Assembly: GCF_020745735.1 (NCBI RefSeq)
Contig: NW_026867501.1
Coordinates: 310,001 to 374,000, forward strand
Length of the DNA stretch: 64,000 nucleotides
Source of the DNA: Hemiscyllium ocellatum
Lineage: Eukaryota
Reading direction: 5' to 3'
Shown: in pieces, positions 49,801 through 61,935 of the stretch
How the letters are laid out: every line of letters begins with the position of its first letter
Numbering within the stretch: position 1 is the stretch's first letter
Made by a program: the position numbers and the translations under genes
Notes under the pieces: model-generated
The model's database searches: none
What the model was told of the DNA's origin: nothing
Seen by the model: only the letters and a program-made list of their open reading frames with translations

Positions 49801-50849
49801 TCTTTCATTATCTCCCTCTTCTCTCTGTCCTTCCTTATTTTTCCCTTCTGCTTTCAATCGTAATTCGTTGTCCTTCGCCTCTAACTCAAGTTGCTTCATT
49901 TTGAATTGATTTTTAAACATCTCTCAGGGCTCTGAAGGAGTTTCCAGCAAACATCTATGCTGAGCTCTTGCTGTAGGTAACTTTCATTTCCTCACAGAAG
50001 GAGGCAGCTCCAACTCCAGCATATCTGCTAATTACAGCGGCTTGGCCTTAATCACCTTTTGTAAAACCCGGAAGCCAGAAAACTCTTGGTAATTGAAAAA
50101 GCCATTTCTAAGCCAAGCACGATTTAAACTAACCAAAATCAACACCAAGAACAAAAGACGCAAGTACCTAACACTCACTGCCTTTGAATCCAACAACTCG
50201 AATCCCAATTTGGAACTAGAGCAAATCCAGGACGAGCCCTCAACCTGTTATGGACCAGGCCAGACACCTCCAAACATTTCAAGAAGGTATCCACAATCAA
50301 AACTTTACTAGTTGTTTAAAGAAGATGTAAAGAGGATATTCCAGGAGATAATCAGCTGGGAAAACTCCGAGTGGTTTTCGAAAAGAAAGAATTCATTTAC
50401 AAGATTACTGAATGAAACACGACCACGAAAATAACAAATAACTTCACCTTTCCAAAAACGCAAAAGATCATCGCAATCTTATGATGCTGTTTCAAATACT
50501 TTCAACAATTCCCAAAAACATCTCATGGCACAAAAGTTCAAATCAAATGCAAGGCCATCCAGAATAGAAGTTAGAGAGAGTGTACCAGCCTAGACATGCT
50601 TCTGTAGATCCAGCAACTGTTTTGACACCACTGTTAAAAGAAACCAGAGATATCTGAGCTCGTAGAAATGGCCACATCGCTTTCATTGACCAGCTTTCTT
50701 TCATTGAAAGCCTCCGCATGGGGCTTTATCCATTAGTTATTATCAAATTCGCCCTAAAACCGTCCACACCAGAGTTTTCAGTGTGTCATTTACGACTTCT
50801 CTGAAAAAAAAGGCCAACATAACTTTGTTAAAGGAGCAGCTTCGTCACA
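46823..50849 (-). mobile_element. Internally deleted Ty3/Gypsy LTR retrotransposon of Gmr1-like architecture
   Basis: Diverged direct repeats 46823-47329 and 50246-50849 (TGTTATGGACCAGGC...GTCACA). A PBS TGAGGGCTCGTCCTGGAT (16/18 to the tRNA-Pro PBS) follows the right LTR on -, and a PPT AAAGGGGTAGG abuts the left LTR. Minus-strand order: gag-like ~49.9-49.7 kb, integrase ~49.56-48.95 kb, RT ~48.56-48.07 kb, RNase H to ~47.49 kb. Confidence 0.85.
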
Positions 50850-51779
50850 GATGACACGAATTCTGAAACCCCGCTCTCAGTGCTCTGCTGTCTTGGGGTA
50901 TCAGTTGGTCCCACATTGCTGATTAGTCTTAGTTTCCCACTGTCATGACACGAAAGAACAGAACATTCTGACACAATATCTTTCATCAATTGGATGCAAT
51001 TCCTCAGATTTCCAGTAGTCTTGCTATAAAGACTTTTTTTCTACATGTTCCACTTCTTCATTTTGTTACAGGTTATCTTGCTGCAAAGTTCATTTTTACA
51101 GCCCAAATTGGCCATGCACCCTCTCCCGATAATTCCCCCTGTTACGAAGTTGGAAGAGTATATGCTCACTTTAAGATACATAGTGCGTTCTGAATTTGAA
51201 AGTAAATTTGAAGTGCAAACACAACTGCTAGAATACAGAACAGCGAAGAGACGGACTGTTCCAAATTAGCTAAATGCCACAATGGCTGTTAAATGGTTAC
51301 CTGAGTTTTGATTGTTGTTTTGACAACATTTCAAATTTGACCCATTGATTTAATTAATTCCCAGGATACTAAAATCCAATAGAGTTTGAATTTGTTGCCT
51401 GAAAAAAATTGGGCCAATGAGAGGGAATGATATTGGAACATTTAAAAAAGGGTGCATTTTGCAAACTTACCAGAGCAACTGCCATCTGAAGATGTAAACA
51501 TTTTACCTCAAAGAAATTTCAGCATGCACTATCCATCAAAAGTTTTTTTTCCCTGTAAAAGTAGGAAAAATTAACAAGATTACCCAGGGATGAATCGGAA
51601 GGCTGGAAGGAAGACCAGAAGGAAGACAGCATAAGAGGCTTATGGAATTTGAGAAATTAAGCCAATGAAATGTTCGGTATTTGTGTAATTGGAACTGCAT
51701 TTTAAAGGAATTGTGTTCAGCTAAGGGATAGTGGTTGGTTATGGGAAAGAGTGTTTATGTTTGAGCTCAAGTTCAGCTT

Positions 51780-52830
51780 TTGATTGATAGTAATGCCAGA
51801 AATTGTTGACAGTCTTAGATTCACCAGTGATAAAGCCACTGCACCTTTGGATGAAATGTTTAGAACAAGTGTTATTTCAGATGTTCATTGCACGGAACTT
51901 GGTTCGCCCAAACGTTACTTCCACTTAACAGTAGAAATTTGGGTGTTGTTGATGTCTTCCACGACATCATGAAGGTATACTATTTCAATGTGTCAGGAGT
52001 CATGTATGATTCCTAATATTTTGCAATCATCATCGCATGTTCGCACTTTTGACACTGTAATGGAGGCAAGATCATTGATGAAGCAGATGAAGATGGATTG
52101 ACCTCGAATATTATCCTGAGGAACCCCTGCAGACATGTCCTTGGGCTGAGAAGGCTGGTTTGCAACAACAATAACATATTCCTTTGTGTTAGATAGCGGA
52201 GAGCTGGTCGCTTGATTCCCATTAATTCTACATTAGTTAGGGATCCGAGATGGCATATTACTCAAATGCGGCCTGTAGTTTACAGGCAGTCATTCTCTTC
52301 TCTGATATGGAGTTCATGTGTTGTTTCCACTTTTAAACTAAGGCTGCAATTAGAAAACGAGTGATCCTACCTTGATCCAAGATGAGTATAAATCACCTGC
52401 ACAAACACAACCTGATGGCACTATCGATAGAATCATCCAGCACTTTCTTGGTGATAGACAGTGGACTGTTCGAACATTAATTGGCCGGATTGGACTTGTT
52501 CTTATTTTTATAAGAAGCAACGTAATTGGGCAGCATTCCACTTTACAGATAAGTGTTCGTGTTGAAGATAAAATGGAATAAGTTGGCTGACGGCACGAAT
52601 GTTGGGAACACAAACCAGAGTTATATCCTCGAAAACTGCAGGTTGAGTTCTTTACATTTCGTACTTGAGGAATGTACAAGACAGCAGAATTGGAGGCATG
52701 TGGTGATAGCAGGTGTCTATGAATTCCAAATGGATACAAATGGCAACATTACTGTCCTTAGAAGCATTATGAAGAGTTTAATCAAAATGAGGTGATGCCA
52801 AGCGGATCACCAATCTTGGTCAACATGCCT
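51780..52830 (-). mobile_element. Old LINE remnant paralogous to 14420-15050
   Basis: Colinear similarity, including the shared gtagaaattt(g)..tgttgt segment. Confidence 0.7.
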
Positions 52831-52869
52831 GCGTCAAGGGCTGAAGTGGATACTATACGAAGGTGAGGA

Positions 52870-53160
52870 ACTCAGACTCGATTCCAGCCTTGTCTGTGTA
52901 GGGTTTTCACACTCTGCCTTCGGATTCGTAAGTTTCTGCTGCATTGTCAGGATTCCTCCCATAATCCAAGATATGCAGGTAAGATGGATTGACCAAGCTA
53001 AATTGCGCCATTGTGTCCAGGTAATATGAAGGCTAGATGGGTTATCCCTTAACAATGCGGGGTTATGGGGTCATAGTTGGTATGGACGGGATGCTCTCCG
53101 GAGATTTGGTAAATACTCGAAACGCCAAACGACCTCTTTCCACACCTTAGTTAATCTATT
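52870..53160 (+). mobile_element. Degenerate HE1-type SINE
   Basis: ccttgtctgtgtagggttttcacac...ttcctcccataatccaagatatgcagg, similar to 15520-15830. Confidence 0.7.
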
Positions 53161-53399
53161 TAACTATAATGTTTGAATGGATAGGTGGATATTACCAGAA
53201 AGAAGAAATTGTAACGGGATAGATTTCAGGAACTGCGGTATTGACAAATGATGTGTCCTGAGTGAGTCTATGTTTTAGAAGAGTCATTATCTCAGAGAGA
53301 TGAATGATTTTTTGAGATGATATTAGTAACAGACTGGATAAGACAATGGCTGGCATTTGAAATTGCAATACTAGCCTCTCTCCCTTTTGACTATTTACA

Positions 53400-54281
53400 T
53401 GCAAGTTGATGATAATCGTAAACATGTCCTGAAGATGGTGCAGACTCCCACGTTGTATCACATACTATCTGATGGCGATAGGTTTCACGGATTTCCTTGT
53501 TATTATCACTGGGTGCATTCTGATTAGAATCGGCCACATTTATCTTCGATACACAATCTGATCTTTTACACGAGCGTGTGCGTTTAACGCAAGATTGGTC
53601 TACATCAGCCATGATGGATCAGTCTGGCTGATAGTGGCGTTCAGCATTGATTGTTTTGTGACAATCATTTGCCCGATTCTGAGTACCAGATACTGCAAGG
53701 AGAAAACTGCATTGCTCGTCATAGGCGTGATCTGATCCTTGTTCTGCAGCAAGAACGTCGCTTTGCACTTTGTCTCTCAACCCTTGGCTATACTGGATGG
53801 GATGCCTTCGTCCTGTGGCATTGAGCCCATCTTCTTCGCTTCACCTGTTTGGCAGGCCTACCACTACGGTGGCCGTATCTTAACTCCATTTCTCCCGTTC
53901 TTTCTCATTCTACTGCCCAACGTCCTCACTGTTAGGCATATCTCAGAAGTTACCGTGTCACATAAGAGGCTCAGTGGCTCTCAGAATGGTGATGATCAAG
54001 AGATGGCCAAACGCAAAAGGCCCATTGTTTTGCTGTATGATATCTCCAACAGTTTTCTACTCCTGTCAGGCACATGTGTAGGACGATTCCTCTACATTCA
54101 GGTTACAGGAGAGGATTACATTGGTGGCCAAGATTTTAATGACCCACAATACATCCTCTCAGAGATGACAAATATGCGTCAGTTATTCATTTCCTGCATA
54201 AACTTCTTCATGTATGTGCTAGCTCAGAAAAAGTCCCGAGAGGAATTGAAGGAGGTGCTAATGCATCCTATTACCTTATAA
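53400..54281 (+). pseudogene. GPR139-like GPCR pseudogene (G6)
   Basis: ITYYLMAIGFTDFLVIITGCIL.., stops, then ORF 53739-54281 with LTPFLPFFLILL and GQDFNDPQYIL. Closest to G3. Confidence 0.9.
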
Positions 54282-54559
54282 CCAGTTGCCTTAAATTGCA
54301 AAAAAGCGCAACAGAAAATCCCCACATAAGTTTTCCTACATCATTGTGTCTCAGAATGTTATGCTGCATTACAATGCTGAAACAAATGTTGTGTATTTAA
54401 GCTCCTGAACTAGTGAAATGTAAAACTCTCTCTGCTACCAATAATTATAAAATACAGAAAAATTGGAGGTTCTGCATTTCTGGGTGGCGTGGGAAATCAA
54501 AATCTACATCGATGGTCACAATTATGAAATTAGGAGAGGGGGGAAGGAAATATTTAAAG

Positions 54560-55010
54560 AATTTCCCCAGTGATGAGGAACACCAGGAACATCAAAGTAT
54601 AGGAAAGTTTATGCCTAATTGCTTGGGAAAAGAAAAGTTTGAACCCGGGTGAAGTATAAGTGTTTAGAATGACAAGGACTCTGAATAGACTGGAGGAAGG
54701 TAACGGTTCCCTATGATGTAAGGATTTACAGGCAGCAAATGGTACACATTTCAGGCACACGGGAGACGAAAGGACAATGGTATCATAATTTCAATAAACA
54801 CAGAGAAAGTATAGAAGTTATGGGAATCTAACTGAGAATCTGTTACAGGCAGGTTCTACAGAAACTTTCAAAAAGGGAAAATAAATTTCAGAAACATAAA
54901 TATAGTCCTCATCTGTGGAAGGCGACTGGCCCGAGATAAATTGCTCTTTCAGGCACATTCACATTAGCCGAATGGCTCTTTTTTTGTTCCAATATGTCTA
55001 TGTTCCCAAC
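54560..55010 (+). mobile_element. Very old CR1 3' remnant
   Basis: Degenerate similarity to the CR1 ORF2 C-terminus and 3' UTR. Confidence 0.45.
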
Positions 55011-57319
55011 ATTCTTCTTAGGATCATGAACTCAAATTGACTTTTCATAGCATATCCGTTAACAAAGTATGTCTTGTTCATGGCATTGAAATCATGATAA
55101 TGTATATTGCATGAATCTGTTTAAAAACATAACTGCACTGGAACCAGACTCAGTTTACATGAGTACATCAAGAGTACATCAAGTGATACCTCTGGTTATA
55201 ATACAGCAAAACTTGACTCAATTTAACCTAAAAGCTTGCCCAGTTACTGCATAGGAGCATATGTCATAGGACTCGAATATGTGTCCATTCGTGCATACTG
55301 CGATAATCAACAGGATAATGTCTGGTAAGGCTTTTCTCTCATTTCCACCTTTGGATTCGGTGTCGTCATTACTGGAATTGCATCCAATCAAAGCACTGGC
55401 CTAAAGTATCTTGTTGGGCAAGTGTTTTCATACAGTGATGGCCCTTTGCGGGATGCACAAGTCACTGCTCCAGTGATTTAAAAACGCAGTGAACAGTTTC
55501 CTTGATTTCTGATGCAACTTCAATTTTTTATATGTTTCAACTTGCGAAGTATTTTGCTGGATTCACACCCGTTCTTTCTTCGAATTTTGGATTTCTACAT
55601 TAGAATTAATGTTCCACATCAGGATTGTAACAAATTTACACTTGATCTGTAACTTGAAATTCACAGATATGAATGATTGCGCTGGAATTTCCTCTGGATT
55701 TGACTTACAATATTCCAATGTGAACTTTTCTGATTGATATTCCAAACAGTTTTATTAATTGCACGGGTTAATATTCTGCAGACAGAGCGGCTAGTAGAAT
55801 GACAATTCAGTTAACCTGGAATTACATAGTTCATTTAATGGCGGACGTGAAACGGTAAACAATTGATATGACTTAAGATCAACAATCTTTGATATCGTTT
55901 AGAAGTGTATTGCCAGAGTTCCCTGGTGTGCATGTGTATCCTGACAAAGCGGTTGATTCTTAATTAACCTCCGAATATATTTTTCAATGCACAAAATTCA
56001 AAGGGCAATTAGGGAAAGGCAAAAATGCTGCCTTTACCAGTGACAACTGCTGGAGATTTCAGGGATACTGCTTTTTCTCGTAGTTTGATCACGTGAAACG
56101 CTCGTTCCAGGTGAAACTGTTGAAAACAGAACTCACAAACTCTGCAGTACATTGCTCCTCTCAGAGACCTATTCAAACCAGAATTGAAATGGTTCATCTT
56201 TTGACCGTACATATTCAAGCAAAACTTCAATATTTATAAATATATTCTTAAAATGGATTGATGCTGCCAGTTTAGGAAATGAAAAATAAAGAACGTGTTT
56301 TGGGCCTTTCTAAAAGTCTCGAAGTTTTTCCCCATTAAACAAATGGGGCGCTGTAGAAAACCTAAGAACCAGTTTAGTAGAGTAAAATCTTACTGCAAGT
56401 AACTGCAGCACCGATTCGAGTAACATTGAAATGTTACATGGTTCCAATACGAAAATACTTGAAGAGACAGAATCATGTCAAACACAAAACAGTGGCATGG
56501 TGTCATTGTATCACTTTAAACAGAAGAGGGAATAACAGGTATGCAGATGTAGAGAGAGAGATTCTGAGCCTCCTATTCATCAGGTTGAAAGTCATTCATT
56601 CAAAAGTCTCTCCAGGACAAAGGCTTTCACATTGCAGACAGAGATGATAACACACACACACACACAAACCTATCGACCAGCAACATTTCATCACTTTAAC
56701 AAGAGAGACAGATAAAGGGAAAGAGATGCTGACTCTTTTCTTCAGATAAAGCTCCGAAACAACAGACAATCCATTGCACACAGGTACAGATATAGAAACA
56801 TACACAAACATAGAAACGCACATGAATATACACTAAATACAAAAATACGTACTTACAAACACACATGGATAGTTACGAGCAGAGATACAGAAACACACAG
56901 ATAGAGAAACAAAAACACAAATATATGGACGCATGTACTCACTGTCTGGGTATCTCTGACAGTCCATCTCTCGAATTTCCCTTGTGCAATCTTGAAAATG
57001 TCAAACTTCGGAGACATTCTGAGAATAGAGTTCATGAAGCGCGTTCCCTGTGGGCTGGAATGTTGCTAACTGAGCTCACATTCTCCGGATAATGCGTCAT
57101 TAATTTAGGAATGAAGTGAGGAAACATTACTTCGCACAAATGATTATGAAACTTTGTAATTCTAAATTAAATTTGTAATGAATCAACAAAGTAATTCCAC
57201 CGCAATTATAAGATATAAATAGACATCTTTACTCTTGGTGTGAAACTAATGAACGGTCACACCAGGGAAAGAGTGATTTGCCACACAATTCCCCGGTCAC
57301 TCTGCATTTTATTCTGTAT

Positions 57320-57930
57320 TGGGTGCAGGTTTGCTTGCTGAACTGCAGGTTTGATATCCAGACGTTTCATTATCTGGCTAGGTAACATCATCAGTGGCGA
57401 CCTCCAAGTGAAGCGAAGCTGTTGTCTCCTGGTTTCTTTTTATACCTTTCTCCTGGAAGGGGTTCCTGGGGTTTGAGGTGATGTCATTTCCTGTTCGTTT
57501 TCTGAGGGTTTGATAGATGGCATCTAGATCTATGTGCTTGTTTATGGCGTTGTGGTTGGAGTGCCAGGCTTCTAGGAATTCTCTGGCACGTCTTTGCTTA
57601 GCCTGTCCCAGGATAAATGTGTTGTCCCAGTCGAAGTGGTGTTTTTTTTTCATCCGTGTGTAGGGCTATGAGGGAGAGAGAGTCGTGTCTTTCTGTGGCA
57701 CGTTGGTGTTCATGTATCCTGGCGGCTAATTTTCTTCCTGTTTGTCCTGCATAGTGTTTGCGGCAGTCCTTGCATGGAATTTTATATATGACGCTGGTTT
57801 TGTCCATGGGTTGTCCTGGGTCTTTTAAGTTTGTTAGTTTTTGTTTGAGAGTTTTGGTGAGTTTGTGTGCTACAAGGATTCCGAGGGTCCTCAGTCGTCT
57901 GGCTGTCATTTCTGAAACTGTAATATTTAG
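57320..57930 (-). mobile_element. Penelope-like element 3' fragment (GIY-YIG)
   Basis: VIYKIPCKDCRKHYAGQTGRKLAARIHEH; AREFLEAWH. Confidence 0.9.
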
Positions 57931-59964
57931 TATAGTCACAGGATAAGTATGTACGTTAGATGAGGACATGAAGTTAACAGTGAGGTAACCAATTCAGTTT
58001 TACAAATGCTCTGAAACTTTCGATGTGAACATCAATCCCATATAATGCACAGTAGCAGCACAATACCCAGTGTTCCCTATATGATCTAACCAGGGTTTTG
58101 TACATCAGCAGCCAACCTGACTTTCCGTCTTCTCTATCACAGCCACCATAATAGGTTGTGTATGAACAAAGATTATTTTGAACGCTGACTGATATAAATT
58201 AAGGTGTATTGAACATGAAAAAATATCTTAAAATGGACATCAAATTTGAACTTAACTTTTTGAATTCATACACAGAGTTGCACAGCACAGAAATGGACAG
58301 TTTGGCTTGACTTGTTCATGCTAAACAGATGTTATAAATTGATTGTGTCTCATTTGCTGGAATTTGATCGATATCTTCCAAAACTCTTCCTATTCATGTA
58401 CCCATCCAAATGACTTGCAAATGTCCTAATTGTACCCACCTCCAATTGTTCCTCTTGTAGCTAATTACACTCATGCACCACCGGAACACCCTTTTTTTTA
58501 CGCTATTATTATTTCACAAACAGTATCAGAGACCAGACTGCAAGCCAAGATTTTGTTGGGTATGGAAAATGCGTTAATAAACACAAACTCTGTATATGCC
58601 CTGAAACTACGTGAAATCAAATTCAAAAACATTACCTTTTATCTCACAATATCTCCTGTCCATGTCCGGACCGTAGCAATAGCATCATGAGCAATGCAAT
58701 ACCGACTTGATCATGAGCCCTAAATATTGTGAAAGACGCATGCACGATAAGGTTACTTGGTCTCTGGCAAATATGAAAGAAAGCAAAACGTGGGAGAGTC
58801 ATTGGAGGTGGTTGCAGGAGCGTGGAGCTTTCATAAACACCGAGTGCAGACCTCAAACCTCGAATAATGCACTCATGGCCCTGTTTTGACAGCCACTAAC
58901 CTGAAGCTATTCGGCCAAGTATCTCAGCGACAAGCCTTGCCTAATGGTTGACATCATTTTTGGTGGGGTGCAATGACTATCAGCGTACATGCGCGCTAAT
59001 TCTGAGTTCAGAGAGGAACGCCACGAATATCTCTGCAAAACGGACGGGGATGAAGTTTATAAAATCGTTTTGTTGGGGATTTATCCACGGGGAATTTAAA
59101 CCAAGAGGAATGGTGAAGGAAGACTGGAAGTACAAAGAAATTCATGCCTGGCAGAATCTTTGGAGGGACACGCAGCGTTCCTAATAAGGTACATGAGTTG
59201 CTGAACTTGAAATGTTCGTCCTAATTTACCCTACAAACATGATGCTGGGCCAATTATGCTACTCTTTCATTTCAGATCTCCAAAACTTGCAGTATTGCAT
59301 ACTTGTTCAAGAGAAATATTTGTCACTTCTGCATTTCTATTCAGAACTGGTATTGAAGGCCTTAATTATGTTTTTTTTTTTCTGCAGTACCTTTGAAGCA
59401 GAGAGTTTATCACTGAGAAGCTGAGCTCAGCCGTCACATCAAGATACGACACAGGGATGTGAAATTCTTCAAGATCTGAACATCATTTGTTTTGAAGTTG
59501 GAACACAAATGTCCATTTATTCTGTCTGTCGGCAACACTGCAAGGAACAGTAAGAGCCATTGGGTGGAGACGCAACTTCAATGGGTATGAATGGATTGGA
59601 GGCAGATAAATTGCAATCACTATGATGGGTGAACATTGTACTGCTTTCAAGCAGAAATAGTTCTGACAAGATCAAGGTATATTCTCATCAACGGTGGACA
59701 CAGTGGTCACAAAGCCAATGCTGTCTTGATGACAAAATAAAGAGAGAAATTGACATTCTCAAGAAAAAGTCACTTGTTGATAAGCTTGAGTTTGATAGGT
59801 TAATGATAACCAGGATAAATTTGGACTCATTCGACAGAAGTGAATAAATAAATGTCAGAAGCGGAAACAAAGTTTCAAAAGATTGTCAAGCTAACTTGGC
59901 GGTGAAGCAAAAGCTCTTCAATAGGTATGTAACCAATAAATGTGCAATTAAATGAACATAAATT

Positions 59965-60595
59965 GAGTGTGGAGAAGCTTTCAAAAGATCATCCAAACTG
60001 GAGAGATTCAATTTTACCTGCACCAGAGATTGTGGAAAAGGGTTCAAATACCCGTCCGAGTTGGAAATTTATCAACAAAATCACACTGAGTAGAAGCAAT
60101 TCATTTGTTTGAAGTATGGAAAGGGATTTATTTGGTATTCACATATGCTGACATCTTAGCGGTTTCACGCTGAAGAGGAAAGAGACATTTTAAATCTCCA
60201 AATTGCGAGAATTTCTCTAAAAGTTCTAGTGAACTGAATTTTCATCAACGTGTTCATGAGGACAAGAGACAATTCGTCTTATCTCTCTGTAGCACTAGGT
60301 TCAAGTGATCATCTCAACTCGTTGTACATCTGCGGGTTCATGCCACATGACATCATTCTCCCACTATGACTGTGGGAAAACATTTACCACTTCATCCAAA
60401 CATTTGGCACACCAATGATTCGTATTGTGAATAGACCACTCTCCTGTCTTGGGTGGGGGAAGGATTTCACTAATTCATCTGAACTGGTGATTCGTCAGCG
60501 TCTTCACTCTAGAACAACGCCGGTTTTTTTTTGCCATAAATGTGGGAAATGATTCATTTTCATCCAATCTCGTCATACAGTAACAAATTCACAAA
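59965..60595 (+). pseudogene. Decayed Kruppel-type C2H2 zinc-finger array (~7 finger remnants)
   Basis: Manual translation: ECGEAFKRSSKL; DCGKGFKYPSELEIYQQNHTE*K; CLKYGKGFIWYSHML..RFH; SELNFHQRVHEDKR; CSTRFK*SSQLVVHLRVH; CGKTFTTSSKHLAHQ; WGKDFTNSSELVIRQRLH; CHKCGK*F. Stops and frameshifts throughout. Confidence 0.82.
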
Positions 60596-60656
60596 TTAGA
60601 TATCATTCATATCTTATAACAAACTGTTATATGTCTTGGGGTACACAATGAATCAA

Positions 60657-60830
60657 TCCTAAAGATGTGCAGGTCAGGTGAATTGACTGTGCTAAATTAC
60701 CGTAGTGTTAGGTACGTAAGGGGTAAATGTAAGGGAATGGGTCTGGGTGGGTTACCCTTTAGTGGTCAGTGTGGACTTGTTGGGCTGAAGGGCCTGTTTC
60801 ATTTCTGTAGGAAATCTAATCTAATCTAAA
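60657..60830 (+). mobile_element. HE1-type SINE 3' half
   Basis: aaagatgtgcaggtcaggtgaattg...gaagggcctgtttc...(taatc)n tail. Confidence 0.88.
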
Positions 60831-61789
60831 TACTTCGAAGAAGATCTATTTTAGATTGATCGTTGAGAAGATGGCCACAGAGACATCCAAGGTGTCAAAC
60901 TGACCATGCAGTTTCCACTTGTGCAGACTACGATTCCAAACTTTGTGGCTGGAGGGGTGTCACCAGGAAAGAGTTTTCCACTTACCTGATGTGATTTGAT
61001 TTTTTTTTACTTGGGCATCGATGATCTGGTGGTATATTTTAATGGTAGTTGGATGGAAGTTTAGGGAGATATGAGGGACAATACATTAACCAAATGACTT
61101 GCGAATGTTCAATTCACTGCCTTTCAGGGTGGTGGAGGAGAAACTCAAAAGACATTTAACAAGAATTTAGAAGGTCACACACAATGTCAATAAATGTCTT
61201 CAATATCAGTGATCCTGAAAATAAGTCCATTTGTTTTAGCTTCCTTTACATAGTCCTACAATGCGCCCATGCCTTCCTGAAACGAGAAGCGTTCTGGACT
61301 TGGAAGCCAACATATTCTAATATTGACATTTTTGTTTAGCTCCATGATTATAATCATTCCTGTCGATGTAATCTCTGCAGAAGCATAACCTTCTAAAATA
61401 TCTGCATTCATCTCATTCAGGTCTGTTATGCATTCTTGATTACTTCATGACTGAGGGCCATTCTTTTGTTTTGCACATGTAAAATGCTCGAGAAGTTCCT
61501 GGTTAAAGTGTTCCTCCTGCATACACCCCTTTCCTCCTTAAAAACACCCCTGAACGAATTCCCCCATGACCAACCTATCTGTCAGCTGTTCTAATATCAT
61601 CTAGGCAAAAAACGCAAGACATTCCCGACCTGGATACCTGAAACAACAACAAAAATTGCTGTAGAAACTCAGCATGCCTGGCAATGTCTGTGGAAGAGAA
61701 AGGTTCTAATTAAGAATAACTGTTCTCCAGAACTGAAGAGACGTGGAACATTGGTGGAATTTAGATTGTACAGAAGGGTATGTAATCAG

Positions 61790-61870
61790 TTTCTCCTCAG
61801 TGTGGATTTGTTGATGTTTCAGTGTGGATGACTGAGTGAATCTCTTCCACAGTTCAGGCAGGTCAAAAGC
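61790..61870 (-). pseudogene. Single C2H2 finger remnant
   Basis: Minus strand reads TCLNCG / KRFTQSSTLKHQQIHTEEK with a 1-nt gap. Confidence 0.7.
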
Positions 61871-61935
61871 TTTGTTTCAGTTTGATACCACCAAACCCCT
61901 ACGGCGACAATAAATCCTGCAGTTTCTGAACAAAG

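Noticed and set aside
56009-56230. ORF with YCRVC..F..L..H
   Set aside because: Spacing does not fit C2H2 and there are no neighbouring fingers.
56930-57090. Minus-strand exon-like stretch ending in a GTGAGT donor
   Set aside because: No identifiable protein or partner exon; it lies next to a low-complexity repeat.
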